Shown here piece by piece: positions 53,690-63,073 of a DNA stretch of 64,000 nucleotides; position 1 is the stretch's first letter, and every line of letters starts with the position of its first letter. Origin of the DNA: an uncultured Thermoanaerobaculia bacterium (GTDB taxonomy: Bacteria > Acidobacteriota > Thermoanaerobaculia > Gp7-AA8); the NCBI GenBank assembly GCA_964650405.1, contig CAZYTO010000001.1, forward strand, positions 4,268 through 68,267, in the 5' to 3' direction. The translations under genes and the position numbers were made by a program. The notes beneath the pieces are model-generated. The model was not told the origin of the DNA. It searched no databases and was given only the letters and a program-made list of their open reading frames with translations.

Positions 53690-55684
53690 ATGACTGAAAT
53701 CATGAAGCACGACGACGGCGAGCGGAACGGGCGGGCCAGGAGCCTGCGGCGGGAGAAGATCCAGCGCGCCGCCGCGGGCGCAACCCGCCGCTGGCGGAAG
53801 CTCCACAGCGATGTCGCGGCCGCGCCCGCTGCCGCGGACCGGCTCCCCCTGTATCAATCGCTGCCCCGGCCGCCCCACCTCGGCGTCACCCGGTCGAAGG
53901 ATCCGGCCCTTCCGCCGCGGCGCCCGGACCTGCAATTCCACGCCGGCAGAATGCGCACGGCGTGGCGATTGCTGCGCTGGTTCTACGCCGCGGCCTGGTT
54001 CGGATGCGGCGTCCTGCTGGACAAGCTGCGGCACCGGGACAGCGAAGCGTCCCGGGCCGAGCGTCTCCGCCGGACCTTCGAGTCGATGGGGACGACGTTT
54101 ATCAAGCTGGGCCAGCAGCTATCGATGCGGCTCGATCTCCTGCCGTACGCCTATACGCGCGAGCTGGAGAACATGCTCGACGACGTCAGGGCCATGGACA
54201 CGGACGTGGCGGTGAAGGTCATCGAGCGGACGTCCGGGCGCCGGATCGAGAAGATCTTCGCCGTGTTCGATCCGAAACCGATCGGGTCCGCCTCGGTGGC
54301 CTGTGTCTACCAGGCCGTGCTGAAGAGCGGGGAGCGGGTGGCGGTGAAGGTGCGGCGGCCGGGCATCGGGGAGCTCCTCATGGCCGACATGCGCGCCCTC
54401 GGCTGGCTCATGACCATCGGTGAGCTGTTCATCATGCGTCCCGGCTTCACGGCCAACTTCCTCTACGAGCTGCAGACGATGCTGCTGGAGGAGCTCGACT
54501 TCATCCGCGAGGCGCGCTTCAACGAGCTGTTCCGGCGGCGCACGCGCAAGGCGCGCCTCCGCTTTGCCTCGGCGCCGAAGATCTTCTTCGAGCACTCGAA
54601 CGCCGAGGTTCTCGTGGCGGAGCTCCTGGAAGGGGTATGGCTGACGGATGTGCTGGCCGCCCTCGAGCACGACGACCGGGCCGCGCAGCACCGCCTCGAG
54701 GAGATGGGCATCGACCCGATCATCCTGGCCCGGCGCATCCAGACCATCGCCCGCTTCAACAACTTCGAGAACATCTTCTTTCACGCCGACCTGCACCCGG
54801 CCAACGTGCTGGTCCGCCCCGGAAACGAGATCGTCCTGATCGATTTCGGCTCCTGCGGCTCATTCAGCCGGAGGGAGCTGAATTCCTGGCGGCGCTGGTT
54901 CGACGCCCAGAGCGTGAACGACGTGCAGGGGATGGTGCAGGCGGCGCTGGCGATCATCGAGCCGCTGCCGCCGATCGACAAGGACTCGTTCGGGCTGCGC
55001 CTGGAGACGGTGTTCTGGAACGATCTCTACGCCATCAAGAGCAAGCACTCGGAATGGCACGAGCGCATCTCGGCCCGGATGTGGATCGGCTTCCTGAAGC
55101 TCTCCCGCGAGTTCGGCGTGCCGATGCGCCTCAACACGCTGCGCATGATCCGAGCCTCGATGCTCGCAGACACGCTGGCGGCGCGCCTCGATCACGACCA
55201 GGACCCGTACGGGGAGTACCGCCACTACGAGCGCGGCGCGGGAAAGCGGGCCAAGCGGCGGGTCGTGAAACGGTTGCGCCGCCTCTTCGGACCGGGCAAG
55301 TGGGTGCGGCTGGAGCAGGGGATCGAGTCGGGCGTGAAGCTCTTCTACGGCGTCCAGCGCACGGTCGACTCCCTCGCCTCCATCGGCATCATTCCCCTCA
55401 TCGGCAAGGCCGCGGAGGTGGTGGCTATCGCCGTCAAGTCGCTCTTCTACGCGGGCGCCCTGGCGGGAGTCTGGGCCATGGTGAACCTGATTTGCAACGT
55501 CGCTACCGGAGCGCGGCCGGAGGAGCGGATCTACCTGCATCTCCTCTATCACGTCATCGTGAACAATGGCTGGTACCAGATCGCGGCCATGCTGCCGCTG
55601 CTCCTGGTGGGGCGGCGCATCCTCATCCGCCTGCGGGACCGCGACTACTCGGCGCCGCAGGGCTCTTCGGGACGGCTGCTGTAA
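53690..55684 (+). CDS. ABC1/UbiB-family atypical kinase
   Basis: ABC1 signatures: AVKVRRPGI, DFIREARF, and HADLHPANVL..IDFG. C-terminal TM segments. Confidence 0.85.
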   Translation: MTEIMKHDDGERNGRARSLRREKIQRAAAGATRRWRKLHSDVAAAPAAADRLPLYQSLPRPPHLGVTRSKDPALPPRRPDLQFHAGRMRTAWRLLRWFYAAAWFGCGVLLDKLRHRDSEASRAERLRRTFESMGTTFIKLGQQLSMRLDLLPYAYTRELENMLDDVRAMDTDVAVKVIERTSGRRIEKIFAVFDPKPIGSASVACVYQAVLKSGERVAVKVRRPGIGELLMADMRALGWLMTIGELFIMRPGFTANFLYELQTMLLEELDFIREARFNELFRRRTRKARLRFASAPKIFFEHSNAEVLVAELLEGVWLTDVLAALEHDDRAAQHRLEEMGIDPIILARRIQTIARFNNFENIFFHADLHPANVLVRPGNEIVLIDFGSCGSFSRRELNSWRRWFDAQSVNDVQGMVQAALAIIEPLPPIDKDSFGLRLETVFWNDLYAIKSKHSEWHERISARMWIGFLKLSREFGVPMRLNTLRMIRASMLADTLAARLDHDQDPYGEYRHYERGAGKRAKRRVVKRLRRLFGPGKWVRLEQGIESGVKLFYGVQRTVDSLASIGIIPLIGKAAEVVAIAVKSLFYAGALAGVWAMVNLICNVATGARPEERIYLHLLYHVIVNNGWYQIAAMLPLLLVGRRILIRLRDRDYSAPQGSSGRLL

Positions 55685-55831
55685 CGCAGTACGATGGCTG
55701 CGATGTCCGACGGCACGTACGACCTCTTCGCGATCCTGGGATCGATCGCCGCGATCCTCGTGCTCTGGATCCGCTTTCGTCAGGGGCGGATGGTACGGCG
55801 GCTGCACGACCTGACGATGGGAGCAGGGATG

Positions 55832-56230
55832 ATGAAAATCTCGAATGCGTTTGCCAGTTACTCCGTCGACGACCTGCAGCGGGCCAAGGCCTTTTACGGA
55901 GACCTGCTTGGACTCTCGGTGAAGGAAACACCGCAGGGGCTCAGCCTGCAGTTTCAGAGCTCGATCGTTTATCTGTATCCGAAGCCGAATCACCAGCCGG
56001 CCACGTTCACGGTGCTCAACTTTCCGGTGGTGAGCGTCGACGGGGCGGTGACGGAGCTAACCGGGCGCGGCATCCAGTTCGAGCATTACGACATGCCGGA
56101 GCTGAAGACCGACGCGCGCGGCATCGCCCGCGGCCGCGGTCCGACCATCGCCTGGTTCAAGGACCCGGCCGGCAACATCCTTTCGGTCGTCGATGCCGGG
56201 GACTCGCCGAGTCAGGTTGGCAAAGCCTGA
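55832..56230 (+). CDS. VOC (glyoxalase/bleomycin-resistance fold) family protein
   Basis: [30 protein letters not shown]...[17 protein letters not shown]. Two beta-alpha-beta-beta-beta modules. The upstream in-frame extension from 55694 is hydrophobic, so it is uncertain whether it belongs to the gene. Confidence 0.65.
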   Translation: MKISNAFASYSVDDLQRAKAFYGDLLGLSVKETPQGLSLQFQSSIVYLYPKPNHQPATFTVLNFPVVSVDGAVTELTGRGIQFEHYDMPELKTDARGIARGRGPTIAWFKDPAGNILSVVDAGDSPSQVGKA

Positions 56231-56335
56231 ACGGCGGCTTGAAGGCTGAACGGCTCAAAGGCTGAAGGGGGTTGAACAGGGCATTGTTCTCCCTTTCAGC
56301 CTTCCAACCTTCCAGCCTTTCAGTCTTCATTCGCA
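56231..56335. repeat. GC-rich palindromic intergenic element (direct units AAGGCTGAA, then complementary TTCAGCCTT units)
   Basis: Direct units ttGAAGGCTGAAcgg and caAAGGCTGAAggg, then ccCTTTCAGCCTTcc and cCAGCCTTTCAG. Lies between the convergent VOC and FAD-oxidoreductase genes. Related in sequence to the element at 63008-63068. Confidence 0.45.
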
Positions 56336-56347
56336 GTGACGTGGGCC

Positions 56348-57739
56348 TCAGATGCAGGCCGGCTGATGGTCCAGGTGCGTCTCGTCGACGATGGCCTTTT
56401 CCGTGAGGCGCGGGCGCAGGTTCTGGCGCCGCCGGCCGAGCTCTTCGCGGACGAGGCGCAGCGTCTCCGGTAGCGCGCCCCGGCGCTTGCGGGCGTCGAG
56501 CAGCATGCGGATCGTCGCGGCGGTGAGCGAAGTGAGGCCGAAGAGGTCGCGGGGACGGCGGCGGTGGATGAAGATGTCGAGAAAATCCTTGCGGAGCTCC
56601 TCGTCGCGCGCCACGCCGCGGAGGATCTCCAGCAGGACGGGCGAGATCGGGCCGCGCTTGCCGATGTCGTTGGCGAACCAGTAGTGCTGGAAGGCGTCGG
56701 CGTCGCGCCACCGCCACCAGCGGCGGAGCTCCTCATCGCGATCGCGTGGCCTGCGGAAGCCAGCCAGGATGGCTTCGGAGAGACGCTCGATCTGGCGGAG
56801 AGCGTCGGAAATGCCCTGCCCGGGCGTCGGATCCTTGAAGTGTCCGGAGTCGCCTGCGAGCACCCAACCGGGACCCGCCGCCTCGCGGAAGAAGCCTTCG
56901 AATCGGGTAAGACCGCGGAACTTCGTCACGCGTTCGGCTCCCTCGAGCAGCGCGGCGACGGGCGGGCATCCATTTATGGCGCGCTGGAACGAGCCTTCGC
57001 TGTCCGCGCGGACTTCGTCGAGCGTCTCCAGCGGCGGGCAGGAGATGGCGATGAAGTGACCGTGATCGGCCGGTGCGGCCACCACGAAGTCGTCACCCAG
57101 CCGGTGGTAATAGACCCTGGCCACCGGTTGCGCCTTCACGCCACGGAAGTAGGCCCAGGTGCTCATCCGCTCGCTGGAGGTGACGTGGTACCGGCGCGCG
57201 CCGGTGAGCCGGGCGATCGTGGAGAGGCGGCCGTCCGCACCGACGACGAGATCGGCCTCCAGGCTGGACACACGTCCGTCGCGTCCGGTGACCCGCACGC
57301 CGCGCACGCGCCCGCCCCTCTCCAGCAGGCCCGTGACCCGCGTGTGGAGGCGCAGATCGACGCCCGCCTCGCGGGCCGCCTCGACGAGGTGAATGTCGAG
57401 GGTGATGCGCCGTACGCAGAGCATCGGCACGGGCGGATCCATGGCCCGGAGGCGCGGCGGACCGGAGAGGTCGACGTCTTCGAACTTCATGTAGCAATCG
57501 GTGATGGGAGGGGAGCCCGACGAGGCCAGCACACGGTCGAAGATGCCGAGCTTCTGCAGGACCTCGATCCCGCTCAACTGGAACATGTGCGTCGACAGCG
57601 TATCGCTGGGGAATTCGGCCTGGTCGACGACGCAGACCGATAGTCCGGCCCGCCGCAGGAAGACCGCCAGCGGCGAGCCGGCGCACCGCGCGCCGACGAT
57701 CACCACGTCGAAGCGGTCCTTCGTTCCGTTCCCGTTCAC
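56348..57739 (-). CDS. FAD-dependent oxidoreductase (geranylgeranyl-reductase / PHBH-fold monooxygenase-like)
   Basis: DVVIVGARCAGSPLA dinucleotide-binding motif and GWVLAGDSGHFKDPTPGQG FAD-fold motif. GTG at 57739 avoids overlap with the upstream membrane-protein gene. An alternative start lies at 57820. Confidence 0.7.
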   Translation of the reverse strand: MNGNGTKDRFDVVIVGARCAGSPLAVFLRRAGLSVCVVDQAEFPSDTLSTHMFQLSGIEVLQKLGIFDRVLASSGSPPITDCYMKFEDVDLSGPPRLRAMDPPVPMLCVRRITLDIHLVEAAREAGVDLRLHTRVTGLLERGGRVRGVRVTGRDGRVSSLEADLVVGADGRLSTIARLTGARRYHVTSSERMSTWAYFRGVKAQPVARVYYHRLGDDFVVAAPADHGHFIAISCPPLETLDEVRADSEGSFQRAINGCPPVAALLEGAERVTKFRGLTRFEGFFREAAGPGWVLAGDSGHFKDPTPGQGISDALRQIERLSEAILAGFRRPRDRDEELRRWWRWRDADAFQHYWFANDIGKRGPISPVLLEILRGVARDEELRKDFLDIFIHRRRPRDLFGLTSLTAATIRMLLDARKRRGALPETLRLVREELGRRRQNLRPRLTEKAIVDETHLDHQPACI

Positions 57740-57773
57740 GGCTTCCGGCTCTCCTCGCTCGGGGCGTATGGCG

Positions 57774-58271
57774 CTACCGCGACGTCGCCGCGACCGGCGG
57801 ACAATCGACGGGGGGTACACCCTCGAACACGGCCATGTTGTTCAGCCGCCCGCCGATGGCGGCGGCCACTGCGAAGATCACGAAGCCCGTGCCCGGCACG
57901 GCCAGCGTCGCCACCAGCGCGAGAAGGAGATAGACGTACGGGATCTTCACCTGCGCGGCGCGGCGTGCCATCCAGGCCCCGGCGATGAGCGGCATGACCA
58001 GCAGATCGATCCAGCCGGCCAGCAGCAGGCCGTCGTTGGCGAAGAGGCCGTAGAGACCCCCGAGTGAGAAGAACCCTTTCGGGTCGCCCGGATGCGGTCC
58101 CTCGTTCCAACTGAGCAGCAGCACGAGCGTGTAGCCGATGCCCAGGATGAGGGGGACGATGATGCCGGCGAACCAGAAGTTCGCCCAGGGCCGCCGCGGG
58201 AAGAGGATCAGCGACGCCCAACCGGCGCCGGCGAGGGCGAGAGCAACGTAGAAGAGGGCTTCGTTCGTCAT
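57774..58271 (-). CDS. Small 4-5-TM membrane protein (possibly DUF4281/ABA4-like), hypothetical
   Basis: 165 aa, highly hydrophobic (MTNEALFYVALALAGAGWASLILF...). Confidence 0.5.
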   Translation of the reverse strand: MTNEALFYVALALAGAGWASLILFPRRPWANFWFAGIIVPLILGIGYTLVLLLSWNEGPHPGDPKGFFSLGGLYGLFANDGLLLAGWIDLLVMPLIAGAWMARRAAQVKIPYVYLLLALVATLAVPGTGFVIFAVAAAIGGRLNNMAVFEGVPPVDCPPVAATSR

Positions 58272-58295
58272 GGCGTATCTCCTCGTGTCCGTCGT

Positions 58296-59138
58296 TCAAA
58301 CGGGATTGGTGGCCACCACGTAGTAGTACCGGGTGCCGGACTGCGCGGTGCGATCGACGTAGCTCGTCGTCTCGACCTTCGGTGCAATCCAGCCGAAGGG
58401 TCCCTGCGGCGTCGGGCCGCGCTTGACCTTGTAGGATTTCGCCCCGGCCACGGCGTTCCACCGCAGCAAGACGCCGCCCTCCGGCGCGGACGTGGCCGTC
58501 AGGCCCGCCGGCGGATAGAAGGGGACCGGAGTCCAGAGGAAGGCCCCCTGGATCAAGGCCAGGATGAGCTTCGGCGCGTAGAGCAGGCCGCCCTTCCCGG
58601 TGGTCTGGCGCGCGAAGCGGTCCAGGAAGTAGTCGGTCATCGGGCCGGAGCCGTAGTTCTCGCAGAGGTAAGCCAGCAGGGTGGTGGAGTCGAAGTAGGC
58701 CAGGCGGAAGCTCACCAGTCCGTCCACGAAGCAGAACTTGTCTACGACGGGCACGGTGAGGCCGTTCGAGACGACGAACCGCCAGTTGATCAGGATCTCT
58801 GTGTCGTTGTTCGCCCAACTGATCACCTCTCCGCGGAGATCGGGGAAGTACTTGAAGAGCAGGAGGAAGTCGGAGGCGGCCTTCTCGGCGCCGGTCGACG
58901 TGCCTGCGGAGTCGATCATCACCGCGCCGTCGGTGAAGACGGACGGTCCCCACTGCGAGGGATCGCCGGTGTGCCAGATGTGGTTGAACCAGTTGACGTA
59001 GTCGAGGGGCGTGGTGCCCCAGATGGCGGGATTGGGAAGGTTGTCCTTCAGGGGCGGCGCCAGGGCCGGCGTCGGGGTGAACGGATCGGTGACGTCGAAG
59101 TGGTAATCGGAGCCGTTGCCGAGATTTCTCTGAGCCAT
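58296..59138 (-). CDS. NTF2/SnoaL-like domain protein with a C-terminal fibronectin type III domain
   Basis: ATG at 59136-59138 (MAQRNLGNGSDYHF...). The C-terminus has an FN3 pattern: ..PAGLTATSAPEGGVLLRWNAVAGAKSYKVKRG...TRYYYVVATN. Confidence 0.5.
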   Translation of the reverse strand: MAQRNLGNGSDYHFDVTDPFTPTPALAPPLKDNLPNPAIWGTTPLDYVNWFNHIWHTGDPSQWGPSVFTDGAVMIDSAGTSTGAEKAASDFLLLFKYFPDLRGEVISWANNDTEILINWRFVVSNGLTVPVVDKFCFVDGLVSFRLAYFDSTTLLAYLCENYGSGPMTDYFLDRFARQTTGKGGLLYAPKLILALIQGAFLWTPVPFYPPAGLTATSAPEGGVLLRWNAVAGAKSYKVKRGPTPQGPFGWIAPKVETTSYVDRTAQSGTRYYYVVATNPV

Positions 59139-59287
59139 ACGCTTGCCCCCCGTCCGTCGCGCCAAGGCCGTGGTCAGGGCCGTGGCAACGACGCGTCTGT
59201 ATCTCCGCCGGAAGCACGCGGTCGAGCGCGTCGAACCGGTCATCGTGACCCTCGCCGGTGATTTGTAGCGATTTATACGGAGTTATA

Positions 59288-60682
59288 TCATGCCACCGCT
59301 ACGGACGTCAAGCGCGCCGCTGCGATGCGCGCGGCCAGACGATCCAGCAGGGGTGTGGTCATGGCCGTCGTCACCAGGGCCATGAGCACGATCATGGTGA
59401 ACAGCGTGCGGGAGATCACGCCGATATCCAGTCCGATGTTGAGGACCACCATCTCCATCAGTCCGCGCGTGTTCATCAGCACGCCGATGGCCGCCGACTC
59501 GCGCCAGGAGAAGCCGGCCACGCGCGCGCTGAGCAGCGCTCCGCCCAGCTTTCCGGCGATGGCCACGGCCAGGACCAGCGCGCAGAGCAGCCAGGGGCCG
59601 GCGCCGTCGAGCAGGCCGACGTTCGTGCGCAGTCCGGTCACGGCGAAGAACAGGGGCAGAAAGACGATGCACGTCAGCGTCCGCACGTGCCCCACCAGCA
59701 CTTCCGGCAGGCGCGTCTCCCGCGGAATGATCGTCCCGGCCAGGAAGGCGCCGAACAGTGCGTGGATGCCCAGCATCTCCGTGATGCATGACGACGCCAG
59801 CACGAGGAGGATGATGCCGGCCAGGACGCGCTCGCCCGGCGGGCCGTTCGCCCGGCGGACCAGCACCTCGAGCAGCAGCGGCCGCACCGCGGTGATCATG
59901 ACCGCGACGTAGACGGCCATGAGGACGATCCGGACGGCCAGCGTGGCCGGGTCGGTGGCCCGCACGATCATGACCACCAGGGCCAGGATGCACCAGGCCG
60001 AGACGTCGTCGACGGCCGCGCAGGCGATGGCGGTGTTGCCCATCTTCGTGCGCAGGAGGTGCCGCTCCTCCAGAATGCGGGCCAGCACGGGGAAGGCGGT
60101 GATGCTCATCGACGTGCCGAGGAAGAGGGCGAAGCCGCGAAAGCTCACGCCCTGCTCAGCCAGGCGCGGATAGAGGTAGAGGGCCAGCGCCGAGCCGAGG
60201 ACGAACGGAACGACGATGCTGACGTGGCTGATGAGGACGATGCTGTCGCGCCGCTCCCGCATCAGCTCCGGCGCGAACTCGAGGCCGACCAGGAACATGA
60301 AGAAGATCAGTCCGATCTGGCTCAGCGACGTCAGCGTGCCGATGCTCGGGACCGGGAACGTGGCCGCGAACAGGTGAGGTGCCACCCGGCCGAACAGCGA
60401 CGGTCCGAGCAGGATGCCTGCCGCCACTTCGCCAATGACGGGGGGCTGGCGGATGACGCGCAGAAGCGCGCCGGCGGCCCGGCTTGCCACGATCATGGCG
60501 ATGATCTGCAGGAGGGTCAGGGCCAGATCGGGGAGCAGTCCCGGCCCGGCGGCACTCGGTACGGCCGGGGCGGAGGTATGAGCCTGCGCGCCGGCGTGCA
60601 GTCCCGCGCCGGCGCGCAGCAACAGCACCTCGAGCGCCACGCCGCCGGCGAGCAGGGCCAGGTAGAGCGCAGGGCGCCTCAT
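59288..60682 (-). CDS. Cation:proton antiporter, CPA2 (Kef/NapA-type) membrane domain
   Basis: 464 aa, ~12 TM, with typical Na_H_Exchanger motifs (..GEVAAGILLGPSLFG.., ..FFAVTGLRT..). Confidence 0.85.
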   Translation of the reverse strand: MRRPALYLALLAGGVALEVLLLRAGAGLHAGAQAHTSAPAVPSAAGPGLLPDLALTLLQIIAMIVASRAAGALLRVIRQPPVIGEVAAGILLGPSLFGRVAPHLFAATFPVPSIGTLTSLSQIGLIFFMFLVGLEFAPELMRERRDSIVLISHVSIVVPFVLGSALALYLYPRLAEQGVSFRGFALFLGTSMSITAFPVLARILEERHLLRTKMGNTAIACAAVDDVSAWCILALVVMIVRATDPATLAVRIVLMAVYVAVMITAVRPLLLEVLVRRANGPPGERVLAGIILLVLASSCITEMLGIHALFGAFLAGTIIPRETRLPEVLVGHVRTLTCIVFLPLFFAVTGLRTNVGLLDGAGPWLLCALVLAVAIAGKLGGALLSARVAGFSWRESAAIGVLMNTRGLMEMVVLNIGLDIGVISRTLFTMIVLMALVTTAMTTPLLDRLAARIAAARLTSVAVA

Positions 60683-60736
60683 GACGTTAGGACGTCATTA
60701 TATCTCTGCATTCAAAAACCAGCGGCGCGGCGGCGG

Positions 60737-61120
60737 CTACATGAGGTCGACCGGCGGCTGCGGCTCCGCCTTCTCCGGCGGGGTCTGCGGCTCGCGCATG
60801 CGCTGCCGGGCGCGGCTGAAGGCCCGCTCGAGCTCGTCCCAGGCCCTCTCGAAGCCGTCCTTCAGCTCTGCCGCCACCGGCCTGCGCGTGCGGTGCAGGT
60901 CGAGCAGCACCTGCTTCGCCTCGCCGGCGGCGTGACGCAGGGTGGCCGTGACTTCGCCCAGATCGCCGCGCGCCGCATCGAGCGATACCTTGGCCCGGCT
61001 GCGGAACTGGTCGACGTCGAAGCCCCACTCGCGCAGCACGCGCGCACCGCGGCGCGGCTCCTGTTGCGGCTCTCCCTGCGGCGTTTCCGGTTCGGGGGCG
61101 GGATTCTCGTTTGTGTCCAT
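60737..61120 (-). CDS. Hypothetical protein (127 aa), Pro/Glu-rich termini
   Basis: Clean ORF, with no family recognised. Confidence 0.35.
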   Translation of the reverse strand: MDTNENPAPEPETPQGEPQQEPRRGARVLREWGFDVDQFRSRAKVSLDAARGDLGEVTATLRHAAGEAKQVLLDLHRTRRPVAAELKDGFERAWDELERAFSRARQRMREPQTPPEKAEPQPPVDLM

Positions 61121-61191
61121 GAGTCTCTCCTGGCATCACGATACGCCTACTCGCGCCGCGTGTTGCATTCCAGGCAAACGCGGCCGCAGTC

Positions 61192-62967
61192 CTAATTCGA
61201 CGCCGTGGCCGCCTGCTTTCCGATCCACTGATTAACATTCATCTCCAGCACGCCCAGGGGCACCGCGCCGCTGCCCAGCACCACGTCGTGGAACTCGCGG
61301 ACGTCGAAGCGCGGGCCGAGCGCCTGCTCGGCGCGCTTGCGCAGCTCCTTGATCTTCAGCTCCCCGAGCTTGTAAGCGAGCGCCTGGCCCGGCCAGGAGA
61401 TGTAACGGTCCACCTCTGTCTCGCACTCGTGCAGGGGAAGAGCCGTATGCGTGGCCAGGTAGTCGATGGCCTGCTGCCGCGTCCATCCCATCGAATGGAC
61501 GCCCGTATCGACGACCAGGCGGCAGGCCCGCCACATCTCGTAGGTCAGCCGGCCGAAGTTGCTGTATGGATCGGTGTAGAAGCCCGCCTCCAGCCCGAGC
61601 CATTCGCAGTACAGTCCCCATCCCTCGGAGAACGCGGAGTTGCCGGAGAAACGCCGGAAGTACGGCAGCTCGGCCAGCTCCCGGCTGAGGGCGATCTGCA
61701 GGTGATGGCCGGGAACGGCCTCGTGCAGCGTCAGGGCCTCGAGGTTGTACAGCGGCCGGCTGTCGAGCATGTACGTGTTCACCCAGTACGTGCCCGGCTG
61801 CGTGCCGCCCAGCGGCGCGCCGACGTAGCGGCCGCTGGTGTACTTCGGGGCGATGTCATCGGGGACGGGGGCCACGGTATAGGGAAGGCGGGGCAGCGTC
61901 TTGAAGAGCGACGGCAGCTTACCGTCCATCCGCTTGGCGATCCAGGCCGCGCGGGACAGCAGCTCTTCCGGGGTCTTCGCGTAGAACCGCGGGTCGGTGC
62001 GCAGGAACTTCAGGAAGGCCGCGAAGTCGCCCTGGAAGTGCACCTGCTGGATCACGGCGTTCATCTCCGCGGAGATGCGGTCGACCTCCGAGAGACCGAG
62101 CTTGTGGATCTCCTCGGCGGTGAGGTCGAGCGTCGTGAACTCGCGGATCTTCAGTGCGTAATACTCCCGCCCGTTGGGCAAGTCGTAGGCGCCGAGGGTC
62201 GTGCGGGCGCCGGGGAGGTACTCGTTGTCGAAGAAGTCGAGGAACTCGCGGTAACCCTTCACCGCGCCGTCCATGATGGCCGAGCGCCCTGCGCTGCGCA
62301 GCCGCTCACGCTCCGACTCGGGCACGGCGTTGGGGAAGTGCTCGAACGGCTTCCAGAAGACGCTCCTGGCCGGATCGTCGACCACGTGGGCCGAGATGGT
62401 CTTGTCGTAGCCGGTGAGCGTGGCGCGCGGCACGGTCATACCGCGTTTCAGGCCGATGCGCATGAGGGCGATCTGCTCCTGAACGTAGCGCGGCCAGGCC
62501 CGGAGGCGGCTGATGTAGTTCTCGTAGTCCTTCACCGTCTTCAGCGGCATTTCCTCGGCGAGGCGGGAGAAGCCGGTGTGGAAGCCGGAGTCGGCGTTGA
62601 AGGGCATCTGGTAGTCGCCGAGGTCGTACGACTGGAGGCCGATCTCGAGCTGGCGTTTGAAAATGTCGTAGTTGACCCGGTCGTCCTGCGGCAACTTCGA
62701 CCGGTCGATCTCCGTGAGCTCGGCCAGCGCGGCCTTCGAGGCATTGTGCCGGCGCTCGAGGTCCGCCGGCGTGGCGGACGGCATCAGGTCGTCGTGCTCA
62801 TGCCGGTTGACGGACGTGGCGAAGAGCGGATTCTCCTGCATCCGCGTCTCCCACACGCGATTGAAGAGCGCGTGCAGCCGGGTCACTTCATTGTCGGCGT
62901 GGAGGGGGAGGGCGAGGAAGGCGACGACGACGGCGGCGAGGATCGCGATTTGTCGTTTCACATGCAA
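61192..62967 (-). CDS. DUF885-family secreted protein (HExxGHH metallopeptidase-like)
   Basis: Signal peptide (MHVKRQIAILAAVVVAFLALPLHA). HEAVPGHHLQ motif. TTG start. Confidence 0.8.
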   Translation of the reverse strand: MHVKRQIAILAAVVVAFLALPLHADNEVTRLHALFNRVWETRMQENPLFATSVNRHEHDDLMPSATPADLERRHNASKAALAELTEIDRSKLPQDDRVNYDIFKRQLEIGLQSYDLGDYQMPFNADSGFHTGFSRLAEEMPLKTVKDYENYISRLRAWPRYVQEQIALMRIGLKRGMTVPRATLTGYDKTISAHVVDDPARSVFWKPFEHFPNAVPESERERLRSAGRSAIMDGAVKGYREFLDFFDNEYLPGARTTLGAYDLPNGREYYALKIREFTTLDLTAEEIHKLGLSEVDRISAEMNAVIQQVHFQGDFAAFLKFLRTDPRFYAKTPEELLSRAAWIAKRMDGKLPSLFKTLPRLPYTVAPVPDDIAPKYTSGRYVGAPLGGTQPGTYWVNTYMLDSRPLYNLEALTLHEAVPGHHLQIALSRELAELPYFRRFSGNSAFSEGWGLYCEWLGLEAGFYTDPYSNFGRLTYEMWRACRLVVDTGVHSMGWTRQQAIDYLATHTALPLHECETEVDRYISWPGQALAYKLGELKIKELRKRAEQALGPRFDVREFHDVVLGSGAVPLGVLEMNVNQWIGKQAATASN

Positions 62968-63007
62968 AGCTTAGTACAGCGGCGGCCGGGGGGAAGGCGC
63001 TGTAACA

Positions 63008-63068
63008 AGAGGCTGGAAGGCTGAGAAGGCTGGAAGGTGTCAGCGAGCCGGCTCAGCCTTCCAGCCTT
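63008..63068. repeat. GC-rich palindromic intergenic element (perfect 15-bp inverted repeat GGCTGGAAGGCTGAG / CTCAGCCTTCCAGCC)
   Basis: Arms at 63011-63025 and 63052-63066, plus an extra direct unit AAGGCTGGAAGG. The unit sequence is related to the element at 56231-56335. Confidence 0.45.
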
Positions 63069-63073
63069 CGTTG

